NCBI GenBank assembly: GCA_049651845.1
Contig: JBASCW010000038.1
Span: forward strand, 3,543 to 67,542
Direction of reading: 5' to 3'
Length of the DNA stretch: 64,000 nt
Source of the DNA: Burkholderiales bacterium
Lineage (GTDB): Bacteria; Pseudomonadota; Gammaproteobacteria; Burkholderiales; SG8-39
Position 1 is the first letter of the stretch. Every line of letters begins with the position of its first letter. The position numbers and the translations under genes are program-made. The notes beneath the pieces are model-generated. The model had not been told where the DNA came from. It searched no databases and worked only from the letters and a program-made list of their open reading frames with translations. Shown here in pieces: positions 35,812 to 46,425 of the stretch.

Positions 35812-37929
35812 TTACTTGAGAACTTCGTTCTTCGCGGCGATGTCGCGAAGCAGCTTGGGAGGCGCGAAACGCGGTCCGAACTTGTTCGCCAACTCGTCCG
35901 CGCGGGCCACGAATTTCTTCGGGCCCACGGAATTGATGTACTGCAGCGCACCGCCGGTCCAGGCCGGGAAGCCGATGCCGAAGATCGAGCCGATGTTGGC
36001 GTCGTGCACCGTGGTGAGCACGCCCTCCTCCAGGCAGCGCGCCGCCTCGATCGCCTGGCGGTAGAGGATGCGGTCCTTCATCTCCGCGAGGCCCCAGGTG
36101 ACGCCGGGCTTGCCGAAGATCTTCGCCAGCTCGGGCCAGAGCGCCTTCTTGCCGTCCTTCGGATAGTCGTAGAAGCCGCCGCCCGCGGCGCGCCCGGGGC
36201 GGTTCAGCTCCTTCACCATCTTGACGATCACCTGCTGGCCGGGATGCTCGGGCGGCAGCGGCTTGCCCTCGGCCTTGAGGTCGGCGATGGTCTGCTCCAT
36301 CACGTGCACCGAGAGCGACATCGATGTCTGGTCGATGACTTCGAGCGGCCCGACCGGCATGCCGGCCTGGCGCGCGGCATTCTCGATCGCCGCCGCCGGG
36401 ATGCCCTCGGCGAGCATCGCGCAGCCCTCCTGCACGAAGGTGCCGAAGGTGCGGCTGGTGAAGAAGCCGCGCGAGTCGTCGACCACGATCGGCGTCTTGC
36501 CGATCTGCAGCACGTAGTCGTAGGCTCTGGCGAGGGTCTGCGCCGAGGTCTTCTCGCCCTTGATGATCTCCACGAGCTCCATGCGGTCCACCGGCGAGAA
36601 GAAATGCAGGCCAATGAACCTGTCCGGGTGCGCCGAAGCCTTGGCGAGGCCCGTGATCGGCAGCGTCGAGGTGTTGGAGGCGAAGAAGCCGCCCGCCGCG
36701 AGCAGCGGCTCGGCCTCCTCGGTCACCTGCGCCTTCAGCTCGCGCTTCTCGAACACCGCTTCGATGATGAGGTCGCAGCCTTTCAGATCCTCGACCCTGG
36801 AGGTCGCCGTGATCAACCCCAGCGGCTTGGGCTCCTTCTTGCGCTTTTCAAGAATCTTCGCGCTGTAGGCCTTGCCCGCATCCGCTTTCTCTTGGGAAAC
36901 ATCCTTCAACACACACGCAACACCGCGCACCGCGTTCGCGTAGGCGATGCCGCCGCCCATCATGCCCGCGCCGAGGATGCCGACCCTGGTCGCCTTCCAC
37001 TTCGGCACGTCCTTCGGACGCGAGGCGCCCGACTTGATCGCGGTGCGGTTGAAGAACAGCGCGATCAGGTTCTTCGCCACCGGGCCCACCGCCAGGCGTG
37101 CGAGGTAGCGCGATTCGATGCGCAGCGCCGTGTCGAAGTCCACGTACGCCCCTTCGACCATCGCCGCCATGATCGCCTTGGGCGCGGGGTACAGGCCGCG
37201 CGTCTTCTCCACCACCATCGCCGGTGCGATGGAAAGCATCTGCGAAACCGCCGGCGTCGAAGGCCCGCCGCCCGGCATGCGGTACTTCGCGTCGTCCCAG
37301 GGCTGCTGCGGCGAGGGATTTGCCGCGATCCACTCGCGTGCCATCCTGAAAAGATCCGCCTTGCTCGCGGCAAGCCCCTGCAGGAGGCCCAGCTTGGCGG
37401 CCTCCTTCGGCCGCATCGTCTTGCCTTCGACAAGGTAGGGAAAAGCCGCCTGCAGCCCGAGCAGGCGCGTGGTCTTGGTGACCCCGCCCGCGCCAGGCAG
37501 CAGGCCCAGCGTCACCTCAGGGGTGCCGAGCTGGATCGCATCGTCGTCCAGCGCGATCCGGCAGTGCGCGCAGAGCGCGATCTCCCAGCCGCCGCCGAGC
37601 GCCGTGCCCTCGAGCGCCGCGACCACGGGAATGCCGAGCTTCTCGAGCGCGCGCATGTGCTTTTTCAGGCCCTCGATCCAGCGGAACACCTTCGGGCCGT
37701 CGTTCGGCGCGAACGCGAGCACGTCCTTGAGCTCCGCGCCGGCGAAGAAGGTCTTCTTCGCGGAGGCGAGGATCACGCCCTTGGTCGTGGCCTTTTCCGC
37801 GCCGAGGCGCTCGACCGCCGCCGCGAACGCCTTCTCCCAGGCCTCGGTCATGGTGTTGACCGGCGCGCCGGGCGCGTCGAAGGTGAGTGTGACGACGCTG
37901 TCCTGATCTTTTTCGAATTTGATAGGCAT
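35812..37929 (-). CDS. Fused enoyl-CoA hydratase / 3-hydroxyacyl-CoA dehydrogenase (FadB/FadJ-like)
   Basis: 705 aa from the ATG at 37929, with an N-terminal crotonase domain and an NAD-binding motif (GILGAGMMGGGIAY). Confidence 0.9.
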   Translation of the reverse strand: MPIKFEKDQDSVVTLTFDAPGAPVNTMTEAWEKAFAAAVERLGAEKATTKGVILASAKKTFFAGAELKDVLAFAPNDGPKVFRWIEGLKKHMRALEKLGIPVVAALEGTALGGGWEIALCAHCRIALDDDAIQLGTPEVTLGLLPGAGGVTKTTRLLGLQAAFPYLVEGKTMRPKEAAKLGLLQGLAASKADLFRMAREWIAANPSPQQPWDDAKYRMPGGGPSTPAVSQMLSIAPAMVVEKTRGLYPAPKAIMAAMVEGAYVDFDTALRIESRYLARLAVGPVAKNLIALFFNRTAIKSGASRPKDVPKWKATRVGILGAGMMGGGIAYANAVRGVACVLKDVSQEKADAGKAYSAKILEKRKKEPKPLGLITATSRVEDLKGCDLIIEAVFEKRELKAQVTEEAEPLLAAGGFFASNTSTLPITGLAKASAHPDRFIGLHFFSPVDRMELVEIIKGEKTSAQTLARAYDYVLQIGKTPIVVDDSRGFFTSRTFGTFVQEGCAMLAEGIPAAAIENAARQAGMPVGPLEVIDQTSMSLSVHVMEQTIADLKAEGKPLPPEHPGQQVIVKMVKELNRPGRAAGGGFYDYPKDGKKALWPELAKIFGKPGVTWGLAEMKDRILYRQAIEAARCLEEGVLTTVHDANIGSIFGIGFPAWTGGALQYINSVGPKKFVARADELANKFGPRFAPPKLLRDIAAKNEVLK

Positions 37930-37979
37930 GGACTTTCCCGGGCCTCCGCGCCTGCGAAAGCCCCAAAAACCTCTAAGAA

Positions 37980-39177
<1,198 letters not shown>

Positions 39178-39197
<20 letters not shown>

Positions 39198-40335
39198 GCC
39201 CGAGCGTCCGGGAAATGACTTCCTTCATGATTTCGTTGGTGCCGCCGTAGATGCGCGTCACGCGCGCGTCCACATAGGCCTGCGAGATCGGGAACTCCCA
39301 CATGAAGCCGTAGCCGCCGTGCAGCTGCAGGCACTCGTCGAGCACCTTGCCCTCCATGTCGGTGGCCCAGAGCTTGGCCATCGAGGCGGTCGCGGTGTCG
39401 AGCTTCTTCTCCAGCAGCAGCTCCATGCAGCGGTCTACGAACACGCGCATCACCTGGACCTCGGTGGCGATCTCGGCGAGCTTGAAGCGCGTGTTCTGGA
39501 AGCCGGCCACCGGCTTGCCGAAGGCCTTGCGGTCGTTCACGTAGGCGATGGTCCAGCCGAGCGCGGCCTCGCATTTCGCCGCCGCGCCGATGGCGATCTG
39601 CATGCGCTCCCAGGGCAGCTCCTGCATGAGGTAGATGAAACCGTTGTTCTCCTGGCCGAGCAGGTTTTCGGCCGGCACCTCTACGTTGTCGAAGAAGAGC
39701 TCGGCGGTGTCCTGGCCCTTCAGGCCCATCTTCTTCAGGCGCTTGCCCTTGGAAAAGCCCTTCATCGAGGTGTCGACCACGATCAGGCTGGTGCCCTTGG
39801 CGCCCCTGGACGGATCGGTCTTCGCGACCACGATCGCCAGGTCGCAGTTCCAGCCGTTGGTGATGAACGTCTTGGAGCCATTGACCAGGTATTTGTCGCC
39901 GTTCTTGACCGCGGCCGTCTTGACCGACTGCAGGTCGGAGCCGGCGCCGGGCTCGGTCATGGCGATGGCGCCGACCATGTCGCCGGCGGCCATCTTCGGC
40001 AGGTACTTCTTCTTCAGCGCCTCGCTGCCGTAGTTGTAGAGGTAAGGAGCGACGATCTCGGAGTGCAGCCCCCAGCCCACCGTTGAATTGTTGATGCGCG
40101 CCTGCTCCTCCATGAGCACCATGCTGAACAGCTTGTCGGCGCCCGAGCCGCCGTACTCCTCGGGCATGCTCATGCACAGGAAGCCGTTCTCGCCCGCCTT
40201 CTTCCACACCGACTTGTCGGCGTAGCCCTGCTCCTGCCACTTCTCGTCGTGCGGCTTGACCTCGGCTTCGAGGAAGCGGCGCACGCTGTCGCGGAAGGTC
40301 TCGTGCTCGGCAGTGAACAGCGTGCGCGGGATCAT
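39178..40335 (-). CDS. Acyl-CoA dehydrogenase
   Basis: 385 aa with the motifs [10 protein letters not shown] and [10 protein letters not shown]. Confidence 0.9.
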
Positions 40336-40372
40336 GGAGGGACGATTTTAGTCCAAGCCTATAATCCCCGGC
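40336..40372. promoter_or_regulatory. 37-bp divergent intergenic region with -10-like hexamers close to both start codons
   Basis: TATAAT at 40360-40365 lies 7 nt before the ATG at 40373. On the minus strand, TAAAAT lies 9 nt before the ATG at 40335. Neither gene has an SD. Confidence 0.35.
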
Positions 40373-41503
40373 ATGGGAGGAAGCAAAACAGTCCGCGGCG
40401 TGCGGCTCGCGTCGGGACTGATTCTCATGACCTTCGTGGTCTGCCATCTGGCGAACCTCGCGATCGGCTTGCGCTCGCTCGCGGAAATGGAGGCCTGGCG
40501 CGCGACGCTGACCCAGCCCTGGACGACCGGCGCGGGCCAGTGGCTGCTCGCCGCGGCTGCCACGATCCATCTCGCGCTCGGGCTCTACGCGATCGCCGCT
40601 CGCCGCTCGCTCACGCTCAGCGCCACCGACACCGCGCAACTCGTGCTCGGCCTCGCCACCCCGCCGCTCCTGATCGCGCACGTGATCGCGCTCGCGACTG
40701 CCAACCGGGTCTCGCCCGGATTCGCCGACAACTACGGGCAGATCCTCGCGGTGTACTGGAGCTTCGCGCCCTCCTATGCCTTCCTGCAGCTGTTCGTGGT
40801 GGTGGTGGTATGGCTGCACGGCGCGATCGGGCTCTACTCGTGGCTCGTGCTGCAGCCGATCTGGCGCCGCATCGGCGGCTTCGTGCTGCCGGTGCTGTTC
40901 GTGCTGCCGATCCTGGCGCTGCTCGGATTCGCTGCCGCCGGCCAGGAAGTGCTCGACAAGCTCGCGAACGACGCGGCCTGGCGGCAGATGATCCTCGACA
41001 ACGTCGGCAAGATCGCCAAGGTCACGCGCGAGCTGGACGGCGTCCAGAGCCGCGCATTGCAGGCCTACGGGGTGCTCGCGCTGCTCGCGTTCACGATCTT
41101 CGGCGCGCGCGTGCTGCGCAGCCGCCTGCGGCCGGTCGGCGTCGCCTACGACGGCGGGCAGCAGGTGCAGGGGCGCTACGGCCTGTCGGTCCTCGAGATC
41201 AGCCTGCTCAACGACGTGCCGCACGCCCATGTCTGCTCCGGGCGGGGCCGCTGCGGCACCTGCCGCGTGCGCATCGAGTCCGGTGCGCAGGCGCTCTCGC
41301 CCGCCGGCGACCTGGAGCGCGCCACGCTCGCGCGCGTGGGCGCGGCGCCCGGCGAACGGCTCGCCTGCCAGGCGCACGTGCTCGGCGCCGGGATCGCGGT
41401 CACGCGCCTGCTGCCGGCGTTCGCCGACGCGACGGCCGCGCAGGCCCCGAGCGACTGGGCGGCGGGCGCGCCGCCGGCGGCCTCGGCGAAGGAACCCGCG
41501 TGA
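40373..41503 (+). CDS. Membrane protein with an N-terminal His-rich multi-TM domain and a C-terminal 2Fe-2S ferredoxin-type domain
   Basis: 376 aa with about 5 predicted TM helices. At least four helices carry a His (VVCHLANL, ATIHLALG, LLIAHVIAL, VWLHGAIG). The Cys cluster is CSGRGRCGTC...LACQ. Confidence 0.7.
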   Translation: MGGSKTVRGVRLASGLILMTFVVCHLANLAIGLRSLAEMEAWRATLTQPWTTGAGQWLLAAAATIHLALGLYAIAARRSLTLSATDTAQLVLGLATPPLLIAHVIALATANRVSPGFADNYGQILAVYWSFAPSYAFLQLFVVVVVWLHGAIGLYSWLVLQPIWRRIGGFVLPVLFVLPILALLGFAAAGQEVLDKLANDAAWRQMILDNVGKIAKVTRELDGVQSRALQAYGVLALLAFTIFGARVLRSRLRPVGVAYDGGQQVQGRYGLSVLEISLLNDVPHAHVCSGRGRCGTCRVRIESGAQALSPAGDLERATLARVGAAPGERLACQAHVLGAGIAVTRLLPAFADATAAQAPSDWAAGAPPAASAKEPA

Positions 41504-43332
41504 ACGAGCAGAGCATGGCCGCGTGGTCGGCCGAGCTGCTCGCCATCGCCAAGGCGCGCTTCATCGCGCTGGGCGCCGATCTCGCGCAGGCGCCGCTGGA
41601 AGCGCAGCATGCGCTGGAGAGCGTGCGCAGCGCGCTGATGACCGGCGCGGGCGTGCGCGCGGGCACCTACGTTGCGATCCTGCTGCTCGTGGGGGTCGCG
41701 GTGGAGTGGCTCTACTGGATGTACGCCTACTCGCCGCTGCGAGCAACGATGGCCATGCCGGTGGACTCGCCGCGCGAGGCGCTGCGGGTGGGCACGCGGC
41801 GCCTGCTGTTCGCCGTTTCGGGGCTCCTGCTGTTCACCGCGGCGACCATCGGCGCCTCGGCCGCCTTCGCCTGGCCGCCGCACGTGCACGGCGTGGTCAT
41901 CGCGGCGACGGTACTGCTGCTCGCGTTGCGCATTGCGTGGATCGGCGTATCCGTGGTCCTCGCGCCGGGCCGCCCGCGCCTGCGGCTGGTGCCGGTTTCC
42001 CAGAGGCACGCACGCTGGCTCGCCGCCGCGCTGATGGCCGCGCTCGCGCTGCTCGCGTTCGGCCGTTTCCTGCCCCCGGTGCTGGGCGAGGGCGTGGCGA
42101 AGGCGCAGCACGTTGCCGGCGCGCTGCGCCTTGCCGCGTACACGCTCGCCGCGCTGATCCTCTTCGTCGGCGCCTTCGCGTTCTTCGGCGGCGCCCGCGC
42201 CCGCGCCGAAGGCACGAGGCCGCCGCTCTTCCCGCGCTCCTTTCCCCTCGCGCTGCTGGTGGTCGCGGTCTACGCGGTCTGGCTGATGCACGACCGCGCC
42301 GCTGCGGTGACCGCGATCGTGGCGATCGTGATCGCGCTGCAGATCGGCCTGCGCCCGATGGTCTACTTCTACTGGCGCGAGGACGCCGGCGCGCTGCCGG
42401 CGATCGTGCTCTCGCTCGCGCGCTTCGTCGTGGCGCTGGCCGGCGTGGGCGCGGCCGCGCTCGCGCTCGACACGCCGCTGTCCGCGCTTGCCGACAGCGC
42501 GAACCCCTGGATTCGCGCCGGGCTGCGCCTGCTCGGCGTCGCAGTGCTCGCGTTGCTCGCGCACGGCGTCTGGATCGCCATCCGCAGCGTGGTCGACCAG
42601 CGCCTCGCGCGCATCGGCCCGATCGATCCGCACGAGCCGCCGGACGCGAGCTCGCGCCTGCTCACGCTGCTGCCGCTGCTGCGCGTCACCACCGCGGTGC
42701 TGCTGCTGGTGCTGCTCGTGCTGTCCTCGCTCTGGGCGCTCGGCATCGAGATCACGCCGCTGCTCGCGGGCGCGGGCGTGCTCGGCATCGCGCTCGGCTT
42801 CGGCGCGCAGGCGCTGGTGCGCGACATCATCGCCGGCATCTTCTACCTCGCCGACGACGCGTTCCGCGTCGGCGAGTACATCGAGGGCGCCGGCAACACC
42901 AAGGGCACGGTCGAGCGCATCACGCTGCGCTCGGTGGCGCTGCGCCACCACAACGGGCCGCTCTATTTCGTGCCCTACGGCGCGCTCGGCTCGGTGCGCA
43001 ATACCTCGCGCGACTGGGTGATCGACAAGTTCAACCTGCCGCTGCCGATCGAGGTCGAGAGCGAGAAGATCCGCAAGATGATCAAGAAGGTCGGTGAGGA
43101 GATGAAGGCCGATGCCGCGATCGGCCCGCTCATGATCGAGCCGCTCAAGGGCAAGCTGTACCGCATCGACCCGGGCGTGAAGATCTTCCGCTGCAAGTTC
43201 CGCAGTCCGCCCGGCAAGCAGTTCGACGTGCGCGCCAGCGCCCTCAAGCGCATCGAGGCCGCGCTCAAGCAGATGGGCGTGCAGTTCGCCGACGGCCGGC
43301 AGGTCGCCGTCATGCAGCCGACGCCCGCCTAG
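41500..43332 (+). CDS. Mechanosensitive ion channel family protein (MscS-like core with a large N-terminal multi-TM extension)
   Basis: About 610 aa from a GTG overlapping the upstream stop (GTGA); an alternative ATG lies at 41515. The MscS core reads GVLGIALGFGAQALVRDIIAGIFYL...VGEYIE...GTVERITLRS. Confidence 0.8.
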   Translation: MNEQSMAAWSAELLAIAKARFIALGADLAQAPLEAQHALESVRSALMTGAGVRAGTYVAILLLVGVAVEWLYWMYAYSPLRATMAMPVDSPREALRVGTRRLLFAVSGLLLFTAATIGASAAFAWPPHVHGVVIAATVLLLALRIAWIGVSVVLAPGRPRLRLVPVSQRHARWLAAALMAALALLAFGRFLPPVLGEGVAKAQHVAGALRLAAYTLAALILFVGAFAFFGGARARAEGTRPPLFPRSFPLALLVVAVYAVWLMHDRAAAVTAIVAIVIALQIGLRPMVYFYWREDAGALPAIVLSLARFVVALAGVGAAALALDTPLSALADSANPWIRAGLRLLGVAVLALLAHGVWIAIRSVVDQRLARIGPIDPHEPPDASSRLLTLLPLLRVTTAVLLLVLLVLSSLWALGIEITPLLAGAGVLGIALGFGAQALVRDIIAGIFYLADDAFRVGEYIEGAGNTKGTVERITLRSVALRHHNGPLYFVPYGALGSVRNTSRDWVIDKFNLPLPIEVESEKIRKMIKKVGEEMKADAAIGPLMIEPLKGKLYRIDPGVKIFRCKFRSPPGKQFDVRASALKRIEAALKQMGVQFADGRQVAVMQPTPA

Positions 43333-43350
43333 ACCGTCCCGGCAGCGCGG

Positions 43351-44574
43351 CTAGACGACCTGCGCGCAGCGCAGGGCCGCCTGCAGCAGCACGTTGCAGC
43401 CGGCAGCGAGGTCCTCCGGCCGGGCGTTCTCGATCTCGTTGTGGCTGATGCCGCCCTCGCAGGGCACGAACACCATCGCGGTGGGCGCGATGCGCGCCAT
43501 GTAGACCGCATCGTGCGCGGCGCCGCTGACGATGTCCTGGTGCGTGTAGCCGAGCGCCTTCGATCCCTCGCGCACGCTCGCCACCAGCTCCGGGGCGAAT
43601 TCGCTGGGCGGGAAGTAGACGACTTCCTGCAGCGCAATTCGGGTCCGGGTTTCCTTTTCGATCCTTGCAATTGACTTCGTCAATTCCCCGGCCATGGCCG
43701 AGAGCGTCCCGTCCTTGGCATTGCGCAGGTCCACCGTCATGCGCACTTCGCCCGGTACGACGTTGCGCGAGTTCGGCTTCACCATCATGTGGCCGACGGT
43801 GCCGCGCGCGTAATCCGGAAAGGTGGTAGCGATGCGATTCACTTCCAGAACCAGCCGGCTCGCCGCGAGCAGCGCGTCCTTGCGCGTTTCCATCGGCGTC
43901 GGGCCCGCGTGCGAGTCCTGGCCGGCGATCGCGACATCGAACCAGCGCTGGCCGAGCGCGCCCAGCACCACGCCGATGGTTTTGTTCGAGGCCTCCAGCA
44001 CTGGCCCCTGCTCGATGTGCGCCTCGAAGTAGGCGCCCAGCTTGTGCGGCTTCGCTTGCCCGGCGTAGCCGATCCGGTCCAGGGCGTCGCGCACGCTGAC
44101 GCCATCGACGTCCTTGTTTTCCAGGATGCTTTCCAGGGGAAAAACGCCCGAGAAGACCCCGGAACCCATCAAGGTAGGCACGAAGCGGGAACCCTCCTCG
44201 TTGGTCCAGGACACGACTTCCAGCGGCGCGCGCGTTTTCACTCCCGCGTCGTTCAGCGCGCGCACCACTTCGAGCCCGGCCATCACGCCATAGGCGCCGT
44301 CGAACTTGCCGCCCGAGGGCTGCGAGTCGAGATGGCTGCCGATGGCCACGGGCGGAGCTTCGGGATCTGCGCCGGCGCGGCGGGCGAAGATGTTGCCGAT
44401 GCCGTCCACCTCGACCGCGAGGCCGGCCTCCTTGCACCAGCGCACGAACTGCTCGCGCCCCTGGCGGTCGACGTCGGTGAGCGTGAGGCGGCGCACGCCG
44501 CCCTTGTCGGTGGCGCCGATCTTCGCCAGGTCCATCAGGGACCGCCACAACCGCTCGGCATTGATCTGTATCAT
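43351..44574 (-). CDS. M20-family Zn-dependent amidohydrolase (allantoate amidohydrolase / N-carbamoyl-L-amino-acid hydrolase type)
   Basis: 407 aa with the motifs GSHLDSQPSGGKFDG and WTNEEGSRF. Confidence 0.8.
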   Translation of the reverse strand: MIQINAERLWRSLMDLAKIGATDKGGVRRLTLTDVDRQGREQFVRWCKEAGLAVEVDGIGNIFARRAGADPEAPPVAIGSHLDSQPSGGKFDGAYGVMAGLEVVRALNDAGVKTRAPLEVVSWTNEEGSRFVPTLMGSGVFSGVFPLESILENKDVDGVSVRDALDRIGYAGQAKPHKLGAYFEAHIEQGPVLEASNKTIGVVLGALGQRWFDVAIAGQDSHAGPTPMETRKDALLAASRLVLEVNRIATTFPDYARGTVGHMMVKPNSRNVVPGEVRMTVDLRNAKDGTLSAMAGELTKSIARIEKETRTRIALQEVVYFPPSEFAPELVASVREGSKALGYTHQDIVSGAAHDAVYMARIAPTAMVFVPCEGGISHNEIENARPEDLAAGCNVLLQAALRCAQVV

Positions 44575-44657
44575 CGGCTCGGTCTGCTTTCCCGCGGGAA
44601 TGATTCGAAGGTGCAGGGAAGGAATTTACACCCGCCGCGCATGCGCCGAGCCAGGCC

Positions 44658-45506
44658 TTGAAGGGATCCGCTGCACGCGGTTTCCTGCTGGCGCTGCTCG
44701 CCGGCGTCATCTTCCAGTGCCTCAACGTGACGGTGAAGCTGCTCACCCACGAGCTGCCGCCGATGCAGGTGGCCTGGCTGCGCTGGATCACCGGCATCCT
44801 GTGCATCGCCCCCTTCGCGCTCGCTTCCGGGCTGGGCGGCATCCGCACCCACGATCTGAAGCTGCATGGCCTGCGCGCCGTCTTCCACGGCGGCGGCTAC
44901 GCCTTGTGGTACTCGGCGGTCGCCCTGATTCCGCTCGCTACGACCGCGGCGCTGTCGTTCACGGGCCCCTTGTTCGTGACCCTGGGCGCGGCCCTACTGC
45001 TGGGCGAAAAGGTGCGCCGCGCGCGCTGGGCCGGCGTCACGACCGGGTTCGCGGGTGTCCTCGTGATCCTGCGCCCGGGCATGGCAGAGATCGGGCCGGG
45101 CATCCTGATGATGCTCGCCGCCGTGCCGCTCATCGCCGGCTCCAACCTCGTCGCCAAGGTGGTCGCGGGGCGCGACTCGCCCGTGCAGGTGGTGTTCTGG
45201 CAGAGCGTGCTGGCAGCGATCCTGTTCACCCCGTTCGGGCTGTGGTTCTGGCAGGCGCCCAGCGCGCCGCTGCTGGGCCTGGCGTTCCTCGCCGGGTTGT
45301 TCGGCACCGCGGGCTACTTCTTCATGACCTGGGCGTACCGCCTGCTCGACATCTCGGCGCTGCAGCCGCTCGCCTTTCTCGGCATCGTCTGGGCTTCGCT
45401 GTTCGACCTCGCCTTCTTCGGCCGCACCGCGGACGCCTGGACTTTCGTCGGCGCCGCGATCGTGGTGGCGGCCAGCACGGCAATCGTGCGCAGGGAAGCG
45501 AAATGA
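44658..45506 (+). CDS. DMT-superfamily (EamA-like) transporter
   Basis: 282 aa with about 10 TM helices in two EamA-like halves. The only in-frame start near the N-terminus is the TTG at 44658. Confidence 0.7.
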   Translation: MKGSAARGFLLALLAGVIFQCLNVTVKLLTHELPPMQVAWLRWITGILCIAPFALASGLGGIRTHDLKLHGLRAVFHGGGYALWYSAVALIPLATTAALSFTGPLFVTLGAALLLGEKVRRARWAGVTTGFAGVLVILRPGMAEIGPGILMMLAAVPLIAGSNLVAKVVAGRDSPVQVVFWQSVLAAILFTPFGLWFWQAPSAPLLGLAFLAGLFGTAGYFFMTWAYRLLDISALQPLAFLGIVWASLFDLAFFGRTADAWTFVGAAIVVAASTAIVRREAK

Positions 45507-45543
45507 AGTCGGCCGCCGCGGCATTTGCTCGATAATTCGTCCC

Positions 45544-46425
45544 ATGATCGCTTCCGCCCGTTATGCCTCGGTCTTCCGCGCCGGCCTGTTCGCGGGCCGG
45601 GTGGCGATCGTCACCGGCGGGGGCTCGGGCCTGGGCCGTTGCACCGCGCACGAACTGGCATCGCTTGGGGCCAAGGTCGCCCTGGTCGGCAGAAAGCTCG
45701 AAAAGCTCTCGAAGGTCCAGCAGGAGATCGCGCAAGCCAAGGGCGATGCGCGTTCTTATTCATGCGACATCCGTGAGGAAGATGCGGTCCGGCAGACGGT
45801 CAAGAGCATCCTTGAAGATCACAAGCGAGTCGATTTCCTCGTCAACAATGCCGGCGGCCAGTTCGCCGCGCCGCTCGAAGCGATTTCCGCGAAGGGCTGG
45901 GATACGGTGGTGCGCACCAACCTCACCGGCGGCTTTCTCATGGCGCGCGAGTGCTACACGCAATGGATGAAGCAGGCCGCGGCGGGCGGCGACGCCGGCG
46001 CGATCGTCAACATCATCGCCGACATGTGGCAGGGCATGCCCGGCATGGGCCACTCGGGCGCGGCGCGCGCGGGCATGCTCAACTTCACCGAGACCGCAGC
46101 GTTCGAATGGGCGCCGGTGCGCGTGAACGCCGTGGCGCCCGGCTGGATCGCCTCGAGCGGCCTGGACAACTACCCGCCCGAGATGCGCGATCACATCCGC
46201 TCGCTGCCCAGGCACGTGCCGGCGGGCCGGCTTGGGACCGAGTCCGAGGTGTCCGCGGCGATCTGCTTCCTACTCTCTGCCGCCGCCGCCTTCATCTCTG
46301 GCTCCTGCATCCGCGTGGACGGCGCGGTGCCGAACGCCAAGCGCGTCAGGGAACTGCAGGTCCACGGCCATACCGCGGCGTTCGACGGCTTTCACCTGGC
46401 CGCCATGCCCAAGGTGCTCGAGTGA
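45544..46425 (+). CDS. Short-chain dehydrogenase/reductase (enoyl/dienoyl-CoA-reductase-like SDR)
   Basis: 293 aa with the motifs VTGGGSGLG and NNAG. GATAAT lies 7 nt upstream of the ATG, and there is no SD. Confidence 0.85.
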   Translation: MIASARYASVFRAGLFAGRVAIVTGGGSGLGRCTAHELASLGAKVALVGRKLEKLSKVQQEIAQAKGDARSYSCDIREEDAVRQTVKSILEDHKRVDFLVNNAGGQFAAPLEAISAKGWDTVVRTNLTGGFLMARECYTQWMKQAAAGGDAGAIVNIIADMWQGMPGMGHSGAARAGMLNFTETAAFEWAPVRVNAVAPGWIASSGLDNYPPEMRDHIRSLPRHVPAGRLGTESEVSAAICFLLSAAAAFISGSCIRVDGAVPNAKRVRELQVHGHTAAFDGFHLAAMPKVLE

